Notes: generated by a model from the sequence alone, not told the origin. Numbered from the stretch's first letter, positions 19,508 to 29,957 are shown. The stretch: 48,533 nucleotides of DNA from an uncultured Bacteroidales bacterium (GCA_946055775.1 CAMGHE010000001.1:1-48533); one strand, 5' to 3'. Made by a program: numbers and translations.

Positions 19508-20593
19508 ATGTTCAATTTCCAAGACATAACGACATGGATTCACGGTATGCTCACCGGTACCCTTGGTCTGCCCGAATGGGCCGCCATCCTCACCGAGAGC
19601 ATCGGGGTGGCGCTGGCCGTCATCACCCTCTACGCCGTGTTCGCCATCTTCCTGATTTACATGGAGCGTAAGGTCTGTGCCTTCTTCCAGTGCCGCCTCG
19701 GCCCGATGCGTGTCGGTCCGTGGGGTACGCTCCAGGTGTTCAGCGACGTGTTCAAGATGCTCACCAAGGAAATCATCAACCTGCGCCAGACCGACCGCTT
19801 CCTGCACAACATGGCGCCCTTCCTCGTGGTGACCGCCTCCATGCTCACCTTCGCCTGCCTGCCCTGGAACAAGGGCGCCCACATCATCGACTTCAACGTC
19901 GGCGTCTTCTTCTTCCTCGCCGTATCGAGCCTCGGTGTGGTGGGTATCCTGCTGGCTGGATGGAGTAGTAACAACAAGTACTCACTCATCGGCGCCATGC
20001 GTAGCGGTGCGCAGATTATCAGTTACGAACTGTCGATCGGCATGACCATGCTCACCATGATCTGCCTCACCGGCACCATGTCGTTCAGCGAAATCTGCGC
20101 CGACCAGGCCGTCAACGGCTGGAACATCTTCCGCGGACACCTGCCCGCCGTCCTGGCCTTCATCATCTACCTCATCGCCGGTAATGCCGAGTGTAACCGT
20201 GGCCCGTTCGACCTGCCTGAGAGTGAGAGCGAACTGACCGCCGGCTACCACACCGAATACTCGGGTATGCACTTCGGCTACTACTACCTGGCCGAATACC
20301 TCAACCTCTTCATCTGCGCCGGCATGGCCGCCACCATCTTCCTCGGCGGCTGGGCACCCCTGACCATCGCCGGGCTGGACGGCTTCAACGAAGTCATGGC
20401 CTATATCCCCGGCTTTGTGTGGTTCATCGGCAAGGCCATCTTTGTGGTGTTCCTCCTGATGTGGCTCCGCTGGACCTTCCCCCGTCTGCGAATCGACCAG
20501 ATTCTCTCCCTCGAGTGGAAGTACCTCGTGCCCATCTCGATGTTCAACCTCGTCCTCATGGCCCTCGTCGTGGCCTATGGCCTGCACTTCTAA
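19508..20593 (+). CDS. nuoH: NADH-quinone oxidoreductase subunit H
   Basis: ERKVCA..Q.RLGP, SNNKYSLIGAMR, NRGPFDLPESESELTAGYHTEYSG, FPRLRIDQ. Confidence 0.96.
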   Translation: MFNFQDITTWIHGMLTGTLGLPEWAAILTESIGVALAVITLYAVFAIFLIYMERKVCAFFQCRLGPMRVGPWGTLQVFSDVFKMLTKEIINLRQTDRFLHNMAPFLVVTASMLTFACLPWNKGAHIIDFNVGVFFFLAVSSLGVVGILLAGWSSNNKYSLIGAMRSGAQIISYELSIGMTMLTMICLTGTMSFSEICADQAVNGWNIFRGHLPAVLAFIIYLIAGNAECNRGPFDLPESESELTAGYHTEYSGMHFGYYYLAEYLNLFICAGMAATIFLGGWAPLTIAGLDGFNEVMAYIPGFVWFIGKAIFVVFLLMWLRWTFPRLRIDQILSLEWKYLVPISMFNLVLMALVVAYGLHF

Positions 20594-20624
20594 GAAAACT
20601 GCCAACCATCCATCCAACGAATCA

Positions 20625-21152
20625 ATGAATAACGACAATAATTATTTCAGCGGACTGTTCGGCGGCGTGAAGAGCCTCTGCATTGGCCTCAAGACCACCA
20701 TGCGCGAGTATTTCACCAAGAAGATTACCGAGCAGTATCCCGAAAACCGCAACGAACTGCAGATGTTCGACCGTTTCCGCGGCAGCCTTGTCATGCCACA
20801 CAACGAAAACAACGAGCATAAGTGCGTCGGCTGCGGACTCTGCCAGACGGCTTGTCCCAACGACACCATCAAGGTAGAGAGCGAGTTTTACGAAGACGCC
20901 GACGGCAAGAAGAAAAAGCGCTTGACGCGCTACGAGTACAACCTGGGCTCGTGCATGTTCTGCCAGCTCTGTACCCGGGCCTGCCCCCACGGCGCCATCA
21001 CCTTCGACCAGAGTTTTGAAAACGCTGTCTTCGACCGCGCCCGCTTGGTCCGCGTGCTCAACCAGCCCGGCAGCCACGTGGCCGAAAAGCCCGTTGTCAA
21101 GAAACCTGCCCCCGCCGCACCCGCGGCAAAGGCCGGCGAAGCCAACGCCTAA
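20625..21152 (+). CDS. nuoI: NADH-quinone oxidoreductase subunit I (2x 4Fe-4S)
   Basis: TEQYPE, CVGCGLCQTACP, CMFCQLCTRACP; start taken at MNNDNN. Confidence 0.95.
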   Translation: MNNDNNYFSGLFGGVKSLCIGLKTTMREYFTKKITEQYPENRNELQMFDRFRGSLVMPHNENNEHKCVGCGLCQTACPNDTIKVESEFYEDADGKKKKRLTRYEYNLGSCMFCQLCTRACPHGAITFDQSFENAVFDRARLVRVLNQPGSHVAEKPVVKKPAPAAPAAKAGEANA

Positions 21153-21170
21153 CCCCTAACAAACAAGCAA

Positions 21171-21701
21171 ATGAACTCGCAAAATATCATGTTTGTCATC
21201 CTGGCCGCCATCATCATCCTCTCTTCCATCGCCACCGTGGTGACGAAGAGCGTCATCCGCGCGGCCACCTACCTGCTCTTCGTGCTCCTCGGTACGGCGG
21301 GCATGTACTTCCTGATGGGCTACACCTTCCTCGGCGCCGTACAGACCATGGTCTATGCAGGCGGCATCATCGTGCTCTACGTCTTTGCCATCCTCCTCAC
21401 CGACGGGGCGAAAGGACAGGACACCAAGGCCCGTATCAAGGACGCCTCGTGGGGATTCATCCTCGCACTCGTGGGCTTCCTCGTCTTCCTCTTCATGCTC
21501 CTCAAGCAGAACCTCTTTGCCGACATCGCCACCCTCGACGCACCGCAGGAACCGGCCAAGTGTGCTGCTACATCGATCGACAGCATCGGCAATACCCTCC
21601 TCTCCTCGGGCGAGGGCGGACACCTGCTCCCCTTCGAGGCCGTCAGCGTACTGCTCCTGGCATGTATCGTGGCCGGTCTGCTCATCGCACGCAAGCGCTA
21701 A
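21171..21701 (+). CDS. nuoJ: NADH-quinone oxidoreductase subunit J
   Basis: FLGAVQTMVYAGGIIVLYVFAILLT, LLPFEAVSVLLL. Confidence 0.94.
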   Translation: MNSQNIMFVILAAIIILSSIATVVTKSVIRAATYLLFVLLGTAGMYFLMGYTFLGAVQTMVYAGGIIVLYVFAILLTDGAKGQDTKARIKDASWGFILALVGFLVFLFMLLKQNLFADIATLDAPQEPAKCAATSIDSIGNTLLSSGEGGHLLPFEAVSVLLLACIVAGLLIARKR

Positions 21702-21722
21702 ACCACACACATCTTCAACGCT

Positions 21723-22031
21723 ATGATACAGATAGAATATATGCTTATTATCTCGGCCGTGATGATGTGCGCCGGTATCTTCGGCTTTATCACACGCCGC
21801 AGCACGCTGGCCGTGCTCCTCTCCATCGAACTGATGCTCAACTCGGCCGACCTCAACTTCGCCGTCTTCAACCGCATGTGCAACTTCGGAGGCAATGAGG
21901 GCTATCTCTTCTCTGTCTTCGCCATCGCCATTGCTGCTGCAGAAAGTGCCGTCGCCATTGCCATCATGATCAACATCTACCGCATGCTCAAGGGCATACA
22001 GGTGGATAAGTTGGAGAAAATGAAGGGCTGA
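21723..22031 (+). CDS. nuoK: NADH-quinone oxidoreductase subunit K
   Basis: SIELMLNS, IAAAESAVAIAI. Confidence 0.95.
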   Translation: MIQIEYMLIISAVMMCAGIFGFITRRSTLAVLLSIELMLNSADLNFAVFNRMCNFGGNEGYLFSVFAIAIAAAESAVAIAIMINIYRMLKGIQVDKLEKMKG

Positions 22032-22096
22032 GCAGCGCCTACAGCGAAGACCTGCTACCATACCCATAACTTCCAGTCATCCATTAACTCGAAAGC

Positions 22097-24043
22097 ATGG
22101 AATACACATTATTAATCCTTCTGTTGCCGTTCTTCTCGTTCCTCTTCCTCGGAATATGCGGAAAATGGCTCAGCCACAAGACGGCCGGCCTGGTGGGTAC
22201 CTCCGTACTCGGCATCGTCACCATCTTGTCATATATGACGGCCTATGCCTACTTCACCGCACCCCGCGGTGCAGACGGCACCTTCGCCACGCTCCTGCCA
22301 TACAACTTTGAATGGCTTCCCATGGGCAACCTCCACTTTGACCTGGGTATCATGCTCGACCCCATCTCTGTCATGATGCTCATCGTCATCTCCACCGTCT
22401 CGCTCATGGTGCACATCTACTCCTTCGGCTATATGCACGGCGAACGCGGCTTCCAACGCTACTACGCCTTCCTCAGCCTCTTTACCATGTCGATGCTCGG
22501 ACTCGTCGTGGCCACCAACATCTTCCAGATGTACATGTTCTGGGAATTGGTGGGCGTCTCGTCCTATCTGCTCATCGGCTTCTACTTCACTTCGCCGGCT
22601 GCCATCGCCGCATCCAAGAAGGCCTTCATCGTCACCCGCTTCGCCGATATGTTCTTCCTCATCGGCATCCTTATCTACGGCTACTTCGTCGGCACGTTCA
22701 ACTTTGTTGAGGCTGGCGCCGACGGCCAGGTGGTGGACACCATGGGCCAGATTTGCGGCTTCGATGCCGACGCGGCCAAGTTTATCCCCGTCGCCCTCGG
22801 TCTGATGTTCATCGGTGGTGCCGGTAAGAGTGCCATGTTCCCCCTCCACATCTGGCTGCCCGACGCCATGGAAGGCCCGACACCTGTCAGCGCCCTCATC
22901 CATGCCGCCACGATGGTGGTCGCCGGCGTGTTCCTTATCGCCCGTATGATGCCCCTGCTCCAGAGCTTCGGCACCATCGGCGGCCACACCGTCCTCGGCA
23001 TCGTGGTATGGGTGGGCGTCTTCACCGCCTTCTATGCCGCCGCCGTGGCCTGTGCCCAGAGCGATATCAAGCGCGTGCTGGCCTTCTCCACCATCTCGCA
23101 GATTGCCTTCATGATGGTGGCCCTCGGCGTGTGCACCGAACTGCCCACCGGCCATCACCACGTCGGCTCGCTGGGCTATATGGCGTCTATGTTCCACCTG
23201 TTCACCCACGCCATGTTCAAGGCCCTGCTCTTCCTCGGCGCCGGATGTATCATCCACGCCGTGCACAGCAACGAGATGTCGGCTATGGGCGGCCTGCGCA
23301 AATACATGCCCATCACCCACATCACCTTCCTTATCGCCTGTCTGGCCATCGCTGGCATACCGCCCTTCTCGGGCTTCTTCTCGAAGGATGAGATCCTCAC
23401 GGCCTGCTTCGCCTACAGCCCCTTCGTCGGCTGGTTCATGACCGCCATCGCCGCGATGACCGCCTTCTACATGTTCCGCCTCTACTATGGTATCTTCTGG
23501 GGCACGGAGAACGAAGAACTGCACGCTCACCATACGCCGCACGAGGCTCCGCTGGTGATGACCCTGCCGCTCATCTTCCTGGCCATTGTCACCTGCGCCG
23601 CAGGCTTTATCCCCTTCGGCCACTTCGTCAGCGCCGATGGGCAGGCTTATGATATCCACCTCGACTGGGGTGTGGCCGGTACGAGCATTGTCATCGCCGT
23701 CTGCTCCATCCTGTTGGCTACCTTCATCTATATCCGCAAGCGTCAGCCCGTAGCCGACAGCATGGCCGAGAAGTTCTCCGGCCTGCACCGCTGGGCCTAC
23801 AAGCGTTTCTATATGGACGAGGTCTATCAGTACGTCACCCACCGCATCATCTTTGCGCGCATCTCCAAGCCCATCGCCTGGTTCGACCGCCACATCATCG
23901 ACGGCTTCTTCGATTTCCTGGCATGGGGTGCCAACGCCCTGGGCTACAACATCCGCGGTCTGCAGAGCGGCGCCGTACAGAAATACGCCTTCGTGTTCTT
24001 CCTGGGCATCCTGGCGCTGACCCTTTTGTTCCTGCTTGCCTGA
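22097..24043 (+). CDS. nuoL: NADH-quinone oxidoreductase subunit L
   Basis: WELVGVSSYLLIGF, GKSAMFPLHIWLPDAMEGPTPVSALIHAATMV, HAMFKALLFL. Confidence 0.96.
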   Translation: MEYTLLILLLPFFSFLFLGICGKWLSHKTAGLVGTSVLGIVTILSYMTAYAYFTAPRGADGTFATLLPYNFEWLPMGNLHFDLGIMLDPISVMMLIVISTVSLMVHIYSFGYMHGERGFQRYYAFLSLFTMSMLGLVVATNIFQMYMFWELVGVSSYLLIGFYFTSPAAIAASKKAFIVTRFADMFFLIGILIYGYFVGTFNFVEAGADGQVVDTMGQICGFDADAAKFIPVALGLMFIGGAGKSAMFPLHIWLPDAMEGPTPVSALIHAATMVVAGVFLIARMMPLLQSFGTIGGHTVLGIVVWVGVFTAFYAAAVACAQSDIKRVLAFSTISQIAFMMVALGVCTELPTGHHHVGSLGYMASMFHLFTHAMFKALLFLGAGCIIHAVHSNEMSAMGGLRKYMPITHITFLIACLAIAGIPPFSGFFSKDEILTACFAYSPFVGWFMTAIAAMTAFYMFRLYYGIFWGTENEELHAHHTPHEAPLVMTLPLIFLAIVTCAAGFIPFGHFVSADGQAYDIHLDWGVAGTSIVIAVCSILLATFIYIRKRQPVADSMAEKFSGLHRWAYKRFYMDEVYQYVTHRIIFARISKPIAWFDRHIIDGFFDFLAWGANALGYNIRGLQSGAVQKYAFVFFLGILALTLLFLLA

Positions 24044-24077
24044 TAACCCTACCACCATTTCTCAAAACGCAGATACA

Positions 24078-25616
24078 ATGGAAAATATACAGAACGTCCT
24101 CTATCTTTCATCCTTCGTCTTCGTACCGATGGTGATGCTCCTCGGCCTTTGGCTGGCGCGCAACATCAATCAGGTGCGTGGCGTGATGGTGGCAGGCAGC
24201 AGCGTCCTGCTCCTCCTGGCTGTCAAACTGGTGTTTGACTTCCTCGGAGCACGCGCCGCAGACCCCACGAGCGAGATGCTCTTCACTGGCCATATCGACT
24301 GGTTTGACGCGCTGCACATCAAGTATGCCGTCGGCGTCGATGGCATCAGCGTAGCCATGCTCCTGCTCTCGGCCATCATCGTTTTCACAGGTACCTTTGC
24401 CTCGTGGAAACTCAAACCTCTCACCAAGGAATACTTCCTCTGGTTCACCCTCCTCTCCATGGGTGTGTTCGGCTTCTTCATCACCGTGGACATGTTTGCC
24501 ATGTTCATGTTCTACGAGATAGCCCTTATCCCCATGTACCTCCTCATCGGCGTATGGGGTAGCGGTAAGAAGGAATATGCCGCCATGAAACTGACCCTCA
24601 TGCTCATGGGCGGTTCGGCCTTCCTCATGTGCGGCATCTTCGGTATCTTCTACGGTGCCGGTGGCAACACGATGAACATCATCGACATTGCCAACCACAC
24701 CAACGGTGCCCACGCCATCGATACGGGCATGCAGTGCATCTGGTTCCCGATGACCTTCGTCGGTTTCGGCGTCTTGGGTGCCCTCTTCCCCTTCCATACT
24801 TGGAGCCCCGACGGTCACGCTTCGGCGCCCACTGCCGTGTCCATGCTCCACGCTGGCGTGCTCATGAAACTCGGTGGCTATGGCTGCTTCCGCATTGCCA
24901 TGTACCTCATGCCCGAAGCCGCTCAGGAACTGGGTTGGATTTTCCTCATCCTCACCGGTATCTCCGTGGTCTATGGTGCCTTCTCGGCCTGCGTGCAGAC
25001 CGACCTGAAGTACATCAACGCCTACAGTTCGGTGTCCCACTGCGGCCTCGTGCTCTTCGCCATCCTCATGCTCACGCAGACCAGTTGCACCGGTGCTATC
25101 CTGCAGATGCTCTCGCACGGTCTGATGACGGCCCTCTTCTTTGCCCTCATCGGTATGATTTACGGTCGTACCCACACCCGTGACATCCGCGAACTCAACG
25201 GCTTGATGCGCATCATGCCCTTCCTCTCGGTGGGCTACATCATCGCTGGTCTGGCTAACCTCGGTCTGCCGGGCTTCTCTGGCTTCATCGCCGAGATGAC
25301 CATCTTCGTAGGCTCCTTCGAGAATGCCGACCTCTTCCACCGCATCCTGACCATCACCGCCTGCTGCAGCATCGTCATTACCGCCGTCTATATCCTGCGT
25401 GTTGTGGGCAAGATCCTCTACGGCACCTGCACCAATGAGCATCACCTGCAACTCACCGATGCTACATGGGACGAGCGTGTTGCCGTTGTCTGCCTCATCG
25501 TTAGCGTTGCCGGTCTTGGTCTGGCGCCTCTCTGGGTAAGCAACATGATTCGCACTGGCGTTGCCCCTGTGGTAGAGCATATCCTGCCCACTGCACAGGC
25601 CGTGGCTGGTTTCTGA
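24078..25616 (+). CDS. nuoM: NADH-quinone oxidoreductase subunit M
   Basis: GVDGIS, EIALIPMY, PFHTWSPDGHASAPT, LMKLGGYG, GLPGFSGFIAE; start taken at MENIQN. Confidence 0.95.
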   Translation: MENIQNVLYLSSFVFVPMVMLLGLWLARNINQVRGVMVAGSSVLLLLAVKLVFDFLGARAADPTSEMLFTGHIDWFDALHIKYAVGVDGISVAMLLLSAIIVFTGTFASWKLKPLTKEYFLWFTLLSMGVFGFFITVDMFAMFMFYEIALIPMYLLIGVWGSGKKEYAAMKLTLMLMGGSAFLMCGIFGIFYGAGGNTMNIIDIANHTNGAHAIDTGMQCIWFPMTFVGFGVLGALFPFHTWSPDGHASAPTAVSMLHAGVLMKLGGYGCFRIAMYLMPEAAQELGWIFLILTGISVVYGAFSACVQTDLKYINAYSSVSHCGLVLFAILMLTQTSCTGAILQMLSHGLMTALFFALIGMIYGRTHTRDIRELNGLMRIMPFLSVGYIIAGLANLGLPGFSGFIAEMTIFVGSFENADLFHRILTITACCSIVITAVYILRVVGKILYGTCTNEHHLQLTDATWDERVAVVCLIVSVAGLGLAPLWVSNMIRTGVAPVVEHILPTAQAVAGF

Positions 25617-25646
25617 TTTACGTAACCTCTTATAGCATATAGAATA

Positions 25647-27155
25647 ATGACTATCGACTATTCCCAGTTTCTTAGCATGAGCGAAGAGGTAAGTCTGCTG
25701 GCCGTCGTGCTGGTGCTTTTCATCGCCGACCTCTTTGCCTGCGGCAAGGAAGAGCGTGCTCTGGCTTGCGCTGGTGGCGATGATACTGCTTGTGGCTGTC
25801 CCTGCGGTGGCCATGTGCGTGCCCTGCTGCCTGTGGTGCTCCTGCTCGCACAGACTATCTTTATCCTTTGCAACATCAACACCAATGCCGCTGCCGTCAG
25901 CAGTGCCTTCGGTGGCATGTATGAGAGCTCCGGCATGATGACCGCCCTCAAGGCTACGCTCAATGTCGGCGCCATCATCGTCTTCCTCATGTCGTCCAAG
26001 TGGCTCGGAGCCGCCGAGAACCGTATCAAGCAGGGCGAGTTCTATACCGTCACCCTGTTCACCCTCCTCGGCATGTACTTCATGATTTCCAGCGGCCACT
26101 TCCTGATGTTCTTCATCGGCCTTGAACTCGCCTCCATCCCCATGACAGCCCTCATCGCCTACGACAAGAAGCGCACCGAGAGCGCAGAAGCCGGCGCCAA
26201 GTTCATCCTCCTCGCCCTCTTCTCCGCCGCCCTCCTGCTCTACGGCATCTCCCTGCTGTATGGCGCTGCCGGCACGCTCTATTTCAGCAAGATGGCCTCC
26301 ATGCCCGTCAACCTGCTCAGCATCCTCGGCCTCGTCCTCTTCATCTCGGGTATGGGCTTCAAGATTTCCCTTGTGCCCTTCCACCTCTGGACAGCCGATA
26401 CCTACGAGGGTGCTCCCACTCCCGTCACGGCCTTCCTAAGCGTCATCTCCAAGGGTAGCGCCGCCTTCGTGCTCTTCACCATCCTGGCCAAGGTCTTTGG
26501 TACGGGCACTGGCTTCTTCGGCCTTTGGTCGGTCGGCTTCTTCTGGATTATCGTGGTGTCCATCACTGTGGCCAACCTCTTTGCCATCCGTCAGAAGAAC
26601 CTCAAGCGCTTCATGGCCTTCTCCGCTATCAGTCAGGCTGGCTATCTGGTACTCGCCGTCATGGGCGTCACCGAGCAGGGCATGGCCGCTCTCGTCTTCT
26701 ATCTCCTGGTCTATCTCGCCGCCAACCTCGGCGCCTTCGCCGTAATCCATGTCGTGGAGCAGAACAGCGGCAAGGTGGGCATAGACGACTACAACGGCCT
26801 CTACAAGACCAATCCCAAACTGGCCTTCCTTATGACGCTCTGCCTCTTCTCTTTGGCAGGCATCCCGCCCTTCGCAGGCTTCTTCTCTAAGTTCTTTGTC
26901 TTCATGGCAGCCTTTAATGCCGGTTATTACCTCCTGGTATTCATTGCCTTGGTCAACACCGTCATCTCTCTCTACTACTACCTGCTCATCGTGAAGGCTA
27001 TGTATATCAAGGAGAACGACAGCCCCATCGCCGCCTTTACCAGCGACTGCGGTACGCGTGCCGCCCTCGTGCTCTGCACCGTAGGCGTCATCCTGCTCGG
27101 CCTCGTCAGCGCCTTCTACGACGGCCTGTCACATCTCGCTGGTATAGCGCTCTGA
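25647..27155 (+). CDS. nuoN: NADH-quinone oxidoreductase subunit N
   Basis: [58 protein letters not shown]. Confidence 0.95.
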   Translation: MTIDYSQFLSMSEEVSLLAVVLVLFIADLFACGKEERALACAGGDDTACGCPCGGHVRALLPVVLLLAQTIFILCNINTNAAAVSSAFGGMYESSGMMTALKATLNVGAIIVFLMSSKWLGAAENRIKQGEFYTVTLFTLLGMYFMISSGHFLMFFIGLELASIPMTALIAYDKKRTESAEAGAKFILLALFSAALLLYGISLLYGAAGTLYFSKMASMPVNLLSILGLVLFISGMGFKISLVPFHLWTADTYEGAPTPVTAFLSVISKGSAAFVLFTILAKVFGTGTGFFGLWSVGFFWIIVVSITVANLFAIRQKNLKRFMAFSAISQAGYLVLAVMGVTEQGMAALVFYLLVYLAANLGAFAVIHVVEQNSGKVGIDDYNGLYKTNPKLAFLMTLCLFSLAGIPPFAGFFSKFFVFMAAFNAGYYLLVFIALVNTVISLYYYLLIVKAMYIKENDSPIAAFTSDCGTRAALVLCTVGVILLGLVSAFYDGLSHLAGIAL

Positions 27156-27191
27156 CCCCATAGTATATAGTCCTACCTATATATCCTCTCC

Positions 27192-27242
27192 AAGGCGCGT
27201 CATCTTGTTGTGCACAATGCAACGGATGACGCGCCTTCCTTT
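27192..27242 (+). terminator. nuo operon terminator
   Basis: AAGGCGCGTCATC...GATGACGCGCCTT inverted repeat followed by CCTTT. Confidence 0.8.
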
Positions 27243-27308
27243 ATGCCCTATCCGCAGTGGGTCAACAATTTTTCACGACACAGGCTCTGCCGTTTGAAAA
27301 GAATCGCG

Positions 27309-27316
27309 TACCTTTG
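27309..27316 (+). promoter_or_regulatory. -7 promoter element for tmRNA
   Basis: TACCTTTG 11 bp before the mature tmRNA 5' end. Confidence 0.7.
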
Positions 27317-27327
27317 CAACGCTACTC

Positions 27328-27727
27328 GGGCCAGACTGGATTTGACGGCAGGCAGAGGTGGTAAGCAAGCATGCAGTGCGCCTGAGGGTGGGCACTTTAA
27401 TCTCGGCTCTCGAAAATTTAATTGGCGAAAATCAGCTCGCTCTCGCTGCCTGATCGAAGTTTAGTACATCAGCTTAATCCCCGCCGCAGATGTGTGGGGA
27501 CGAGACATCACCCAAGCGCTGTGGCTCCGAAGCGTCTTGATCCGGTGGTGCCAGAAACATCGGAGATATCCCTGGGTGGCCTCGCGCCCGAGGAGACATC
27601 TTTAGAGGATAAGGCCCTGCGCGGTGGCTCTGGTCCGCGCTTCGCCCGAAAAAATTAGGCAGAGATAAGCATGTAGAAACCTTAGTGCTTCCCTGTTCGG
27701 ACGAGGGTTCGATGCCCTCCTGGTCCA
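27328..27727 (+). ncRNA. ssrA: tmRNA
   Basis: Acceptor stem GGGCCAG/CTGGTCC-A with G3.U wobble; GGATTTGAC 5' motif; T arm GAGGGTTCGATGCCCTC; tag frame 27424-27453 GENQLALAA-stop; CCA not encoded. Confidence 0.95.
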
Positions 27728-27743
27728 CTTTATACCCCTTCCT

Positions 27744-27787
27744 GCGCCGGCCTCCGCTTCTTGGATACCGGCGCTTGTTTTTTGTTT
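27744..27787 (+). terminator. Terminator after tmRNA
   Basis: GCGCCGG...CCGGCGC followed by TTGTTTTTTGTTT. Confidence 0.6.
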
Positions 27788-27865
27788 CAATGGTGTGATG
27801 TGCCGATAATGACCTATGAATGGTTCAGTCATTTTCATCACAAATCCCCCTTATACTATGGCCCG

Positions 27866-28993
27866 ATGAAACGCTTCTTGATTCTCCTCGTTGCCCAGTG
27901 TCTTCTACTTCCTATCCTAGCCCAAAAGCCTGCCATCCGTCCTGGAGCGCTATGGCTCGACCGTGATGGCAACCCTATCAATGCCCATGGCGGCGGCGTA
28001 CTCTACCATCGCGGCACCTACTATTGGTATGGCGAACACAAATCTGCCCATTCTTCGTCCGCCTTTGTCGGCATCACTTGCTACAGATCCAAGGATTTGA
28101 TCCACTGGACAAACTGCGGCGTTGTACTGCCCGTTGACACGCAGAAGGCTAGCGATATAGAAAAAGGCTGCATCATGGAGCGTCCCAAGGTAATCTATTG
28201 CCCAGCTACCCGCAAGTTCGTCCTCTGGTTCCATCTCGAACTTAAAGATCGAGGTTATGCTGCCGCCCGTGCCGCTGTGGCCGTGGCCGACAAGCCCACA
28301 GGCCCTTTTAGCTACCTGCGCTCCGGTCGCGTCAACCCCTATTGCTATCCCGCCGACTGGACTGCAGCAGACCGTCAACGCTGTGACACGCTTAGTCAGA
28401 CCCGCTATCAGCAGTGGTGGACGGCGCCCTGGCGCGAGGCTATCCGCCAAGGCCTCTTCCTCAAGCGCGACATGGCTGGTGGACAAATGGCACGCGATAT
28501 GACCCTCTTTGTCGATGATGATGGACGCGCCTACCATATCTTCTCGTCAGAGGACAATCTGACGCTTCATCTCGCCGAACTATCCACCGATTTTACCTAC
28601 CATACCGGTCGCTACTGGCGCATTGCTCCTGGCGGACAGAATGAAGCCCCCGTTCTCTTCAAGCATAATGGCCGCTACTGGCTCATCACGAGTGGCTGCA
28701 CTGGTTGGGCACCTAATGAAGCTCGCATGTTTAGTGCCGACAACCTAACCGGTCCGTGGACGCAATGGCCCACGCCATGTCGCGGCAAGGAGGCCCGTAC
28801 CACCTTTGGCGGCCAGGGTACCTATGCCCTTCCTGTTGCTGGACGCCCCGACGCCTTCATCTTCTTGGCCGACATCTGGTGCCCCAAACACCCCAGTGAC
28901 GCTCGCTACGTCTGGCTGCCCATTACCTTCGAGGGCGGCCACCCCGTCATCGAGTGGCGCGACGAGTGGTCGCCAGCCTCTTTCTGGAAGTAA
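27866..28993 (+). CDS. Glycoside hydrolase family 43, GH43_24-like (candidate beta-1,3-galactanase)
   Basis: Signal peptide MKRFLILL; INAHGGG, YYWYGE, ERPKVIY, ARDMTLFVDDDG, NEAP, SGCTGWAPN, TFGGQGTY, RYVWLP. Confidence 0.85.
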   Translation: MKRFLILLVAQCLLLPILAQKPAIRPGALWLDRDGNPINAHGGGVLYHRGTYYWYGEHKSAHSSSAFVGITCYRSKDLIHWTNCGVVLPVDTQKASDIEKGCIMERPKVIYCPATRKFVLWFHLELKDRGYAAARAAVAVADKPTGPFSYLRSGRVNPYCYPADWTAADRQRCDTLSQTRYQQWWTAPWREAIRQGLFLKRDMAGGQMARDMTLFVDDDGRAYHIFSSEDNLTLHLAELSTDFTYHTGRYWRIAPGGQNEAPVLFKHNGRYWLITSGCTGWAPNEARMFSADNLTGPWTQWPTPCRGKEARTTFGGQGTYALPVAGRPDAFIFLADIWCPKHPSDARYVWLPITFEGGHPVIEWRDEWSPASFWK

Positions 28994-29410
28994 TACTACC
29001 TGCCGCTTTCCGCTGTCACCCTCGCAGCCATCCACTATGCGTGTCAGCCAGCCTTTATATCCTCCTCTCTTCTTATGTCTCCAGATTGCTCCTTGCAAAA
29101 TGTCAAAATCATTTACCTTATTTTAAGCCTATTTCATTCAGTTGTTCTGCCTGTTGCCTTGGAGGTATAAATCTTCTAAGGCTTGTAAACAACAATATGA
29201 CAGAGTAATAGTAAAACTCGCGTCCCAGTCATTCGCACCTTTTCCTTTGTAAATCCCCGCCCAATATCCCTTCAAATCACCCCGCTTTTTTCAAAAATTA
29301 GGCCGCTAAATCAAAATCCCTACCACGGCTTAGTCTAAACTGACCTTATTCAGCATTTGTTCCCTGTCTTCCTTCACCCCTCAAAACTGTTATAGGACAG
29401 CAATAAATAC

Positions 29411-29447
29411 TATCCCCCAAGTTGTGTCTTGGTTCGCCCAAGTCGTG
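29411..29447. repeat. 21-bp-period repeat related to the 16043-16122 repeat
   Basis: CCCAAGTTGTG at 29416 and CCCAAGTCGTG at 29437; TCGCCCAAGTCGTG (29434-29447) is identical to 16110-16123. Confidence 0.7.
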
Positions 29448-29881
29448 CTATCAGCCCCGAGACCACTTTTCTTTGCCCCGACCGTTAAACTTTTATAAAT
29501 ATTTGCCATCAATACCGCCGGCGATAGATTACACGTGCGCAAAATTTACGCCGGTTCTCATGTCGTCACAGGGGTGGACCTCGACCAACATCGGTCTCCA
29601 CGGGTCCTCCTTTCGCCTTTACGCAAAGTTAAACTTTCTTAGAAAAGTTATTTATTCTTAAATCTAGGCTACTTGAGGCTCTTCTGACCCTGAGCGTTTC
29701 AGTGGCGCGTCTGAGCCCCATTTTGCCCCAAACAGTATCCTCAGTTGCAACTTCCTCACCCACAGGCAGCGTCCGAAAAGCCCGATTTTCTTTTAACATT
29801 TTTATGTTCACATATTCTTAAAAAAGTTTAACGCTCCCGTAAATAAAAGGATTTTTCCATGCTCAGATTACAAAATTCTTT

Positions 29882-29889
29882 TAATTTTG
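29882..29889 (+). promoter_or_regulatory. -7 promoter element for the Sus locus
   Basis: TAATTTTG about 70 bp upstream of the ATG at 29958. Confidence 0.6.
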
Positions 29890-29957
29890 CTGCAACTAAC
29901 TGTGTGTTTCTAATACGAACAAACCGAAAAATAAATATCAAACAGTAATTAGTGCGT

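Noticed and set aside
27210-27841. Short ORFs between nuoN and the GH43 gene
   Set aside because: They overlap the tmRNA and terminators, which explain the region.
28994-29957. Invertible promoter or hidden gene upstream of the Sus locus
   Set aside because: No long inverted repeat pair flanking the promoter was seen, no recombinase is nearby, and the short ORFs look non-coding.
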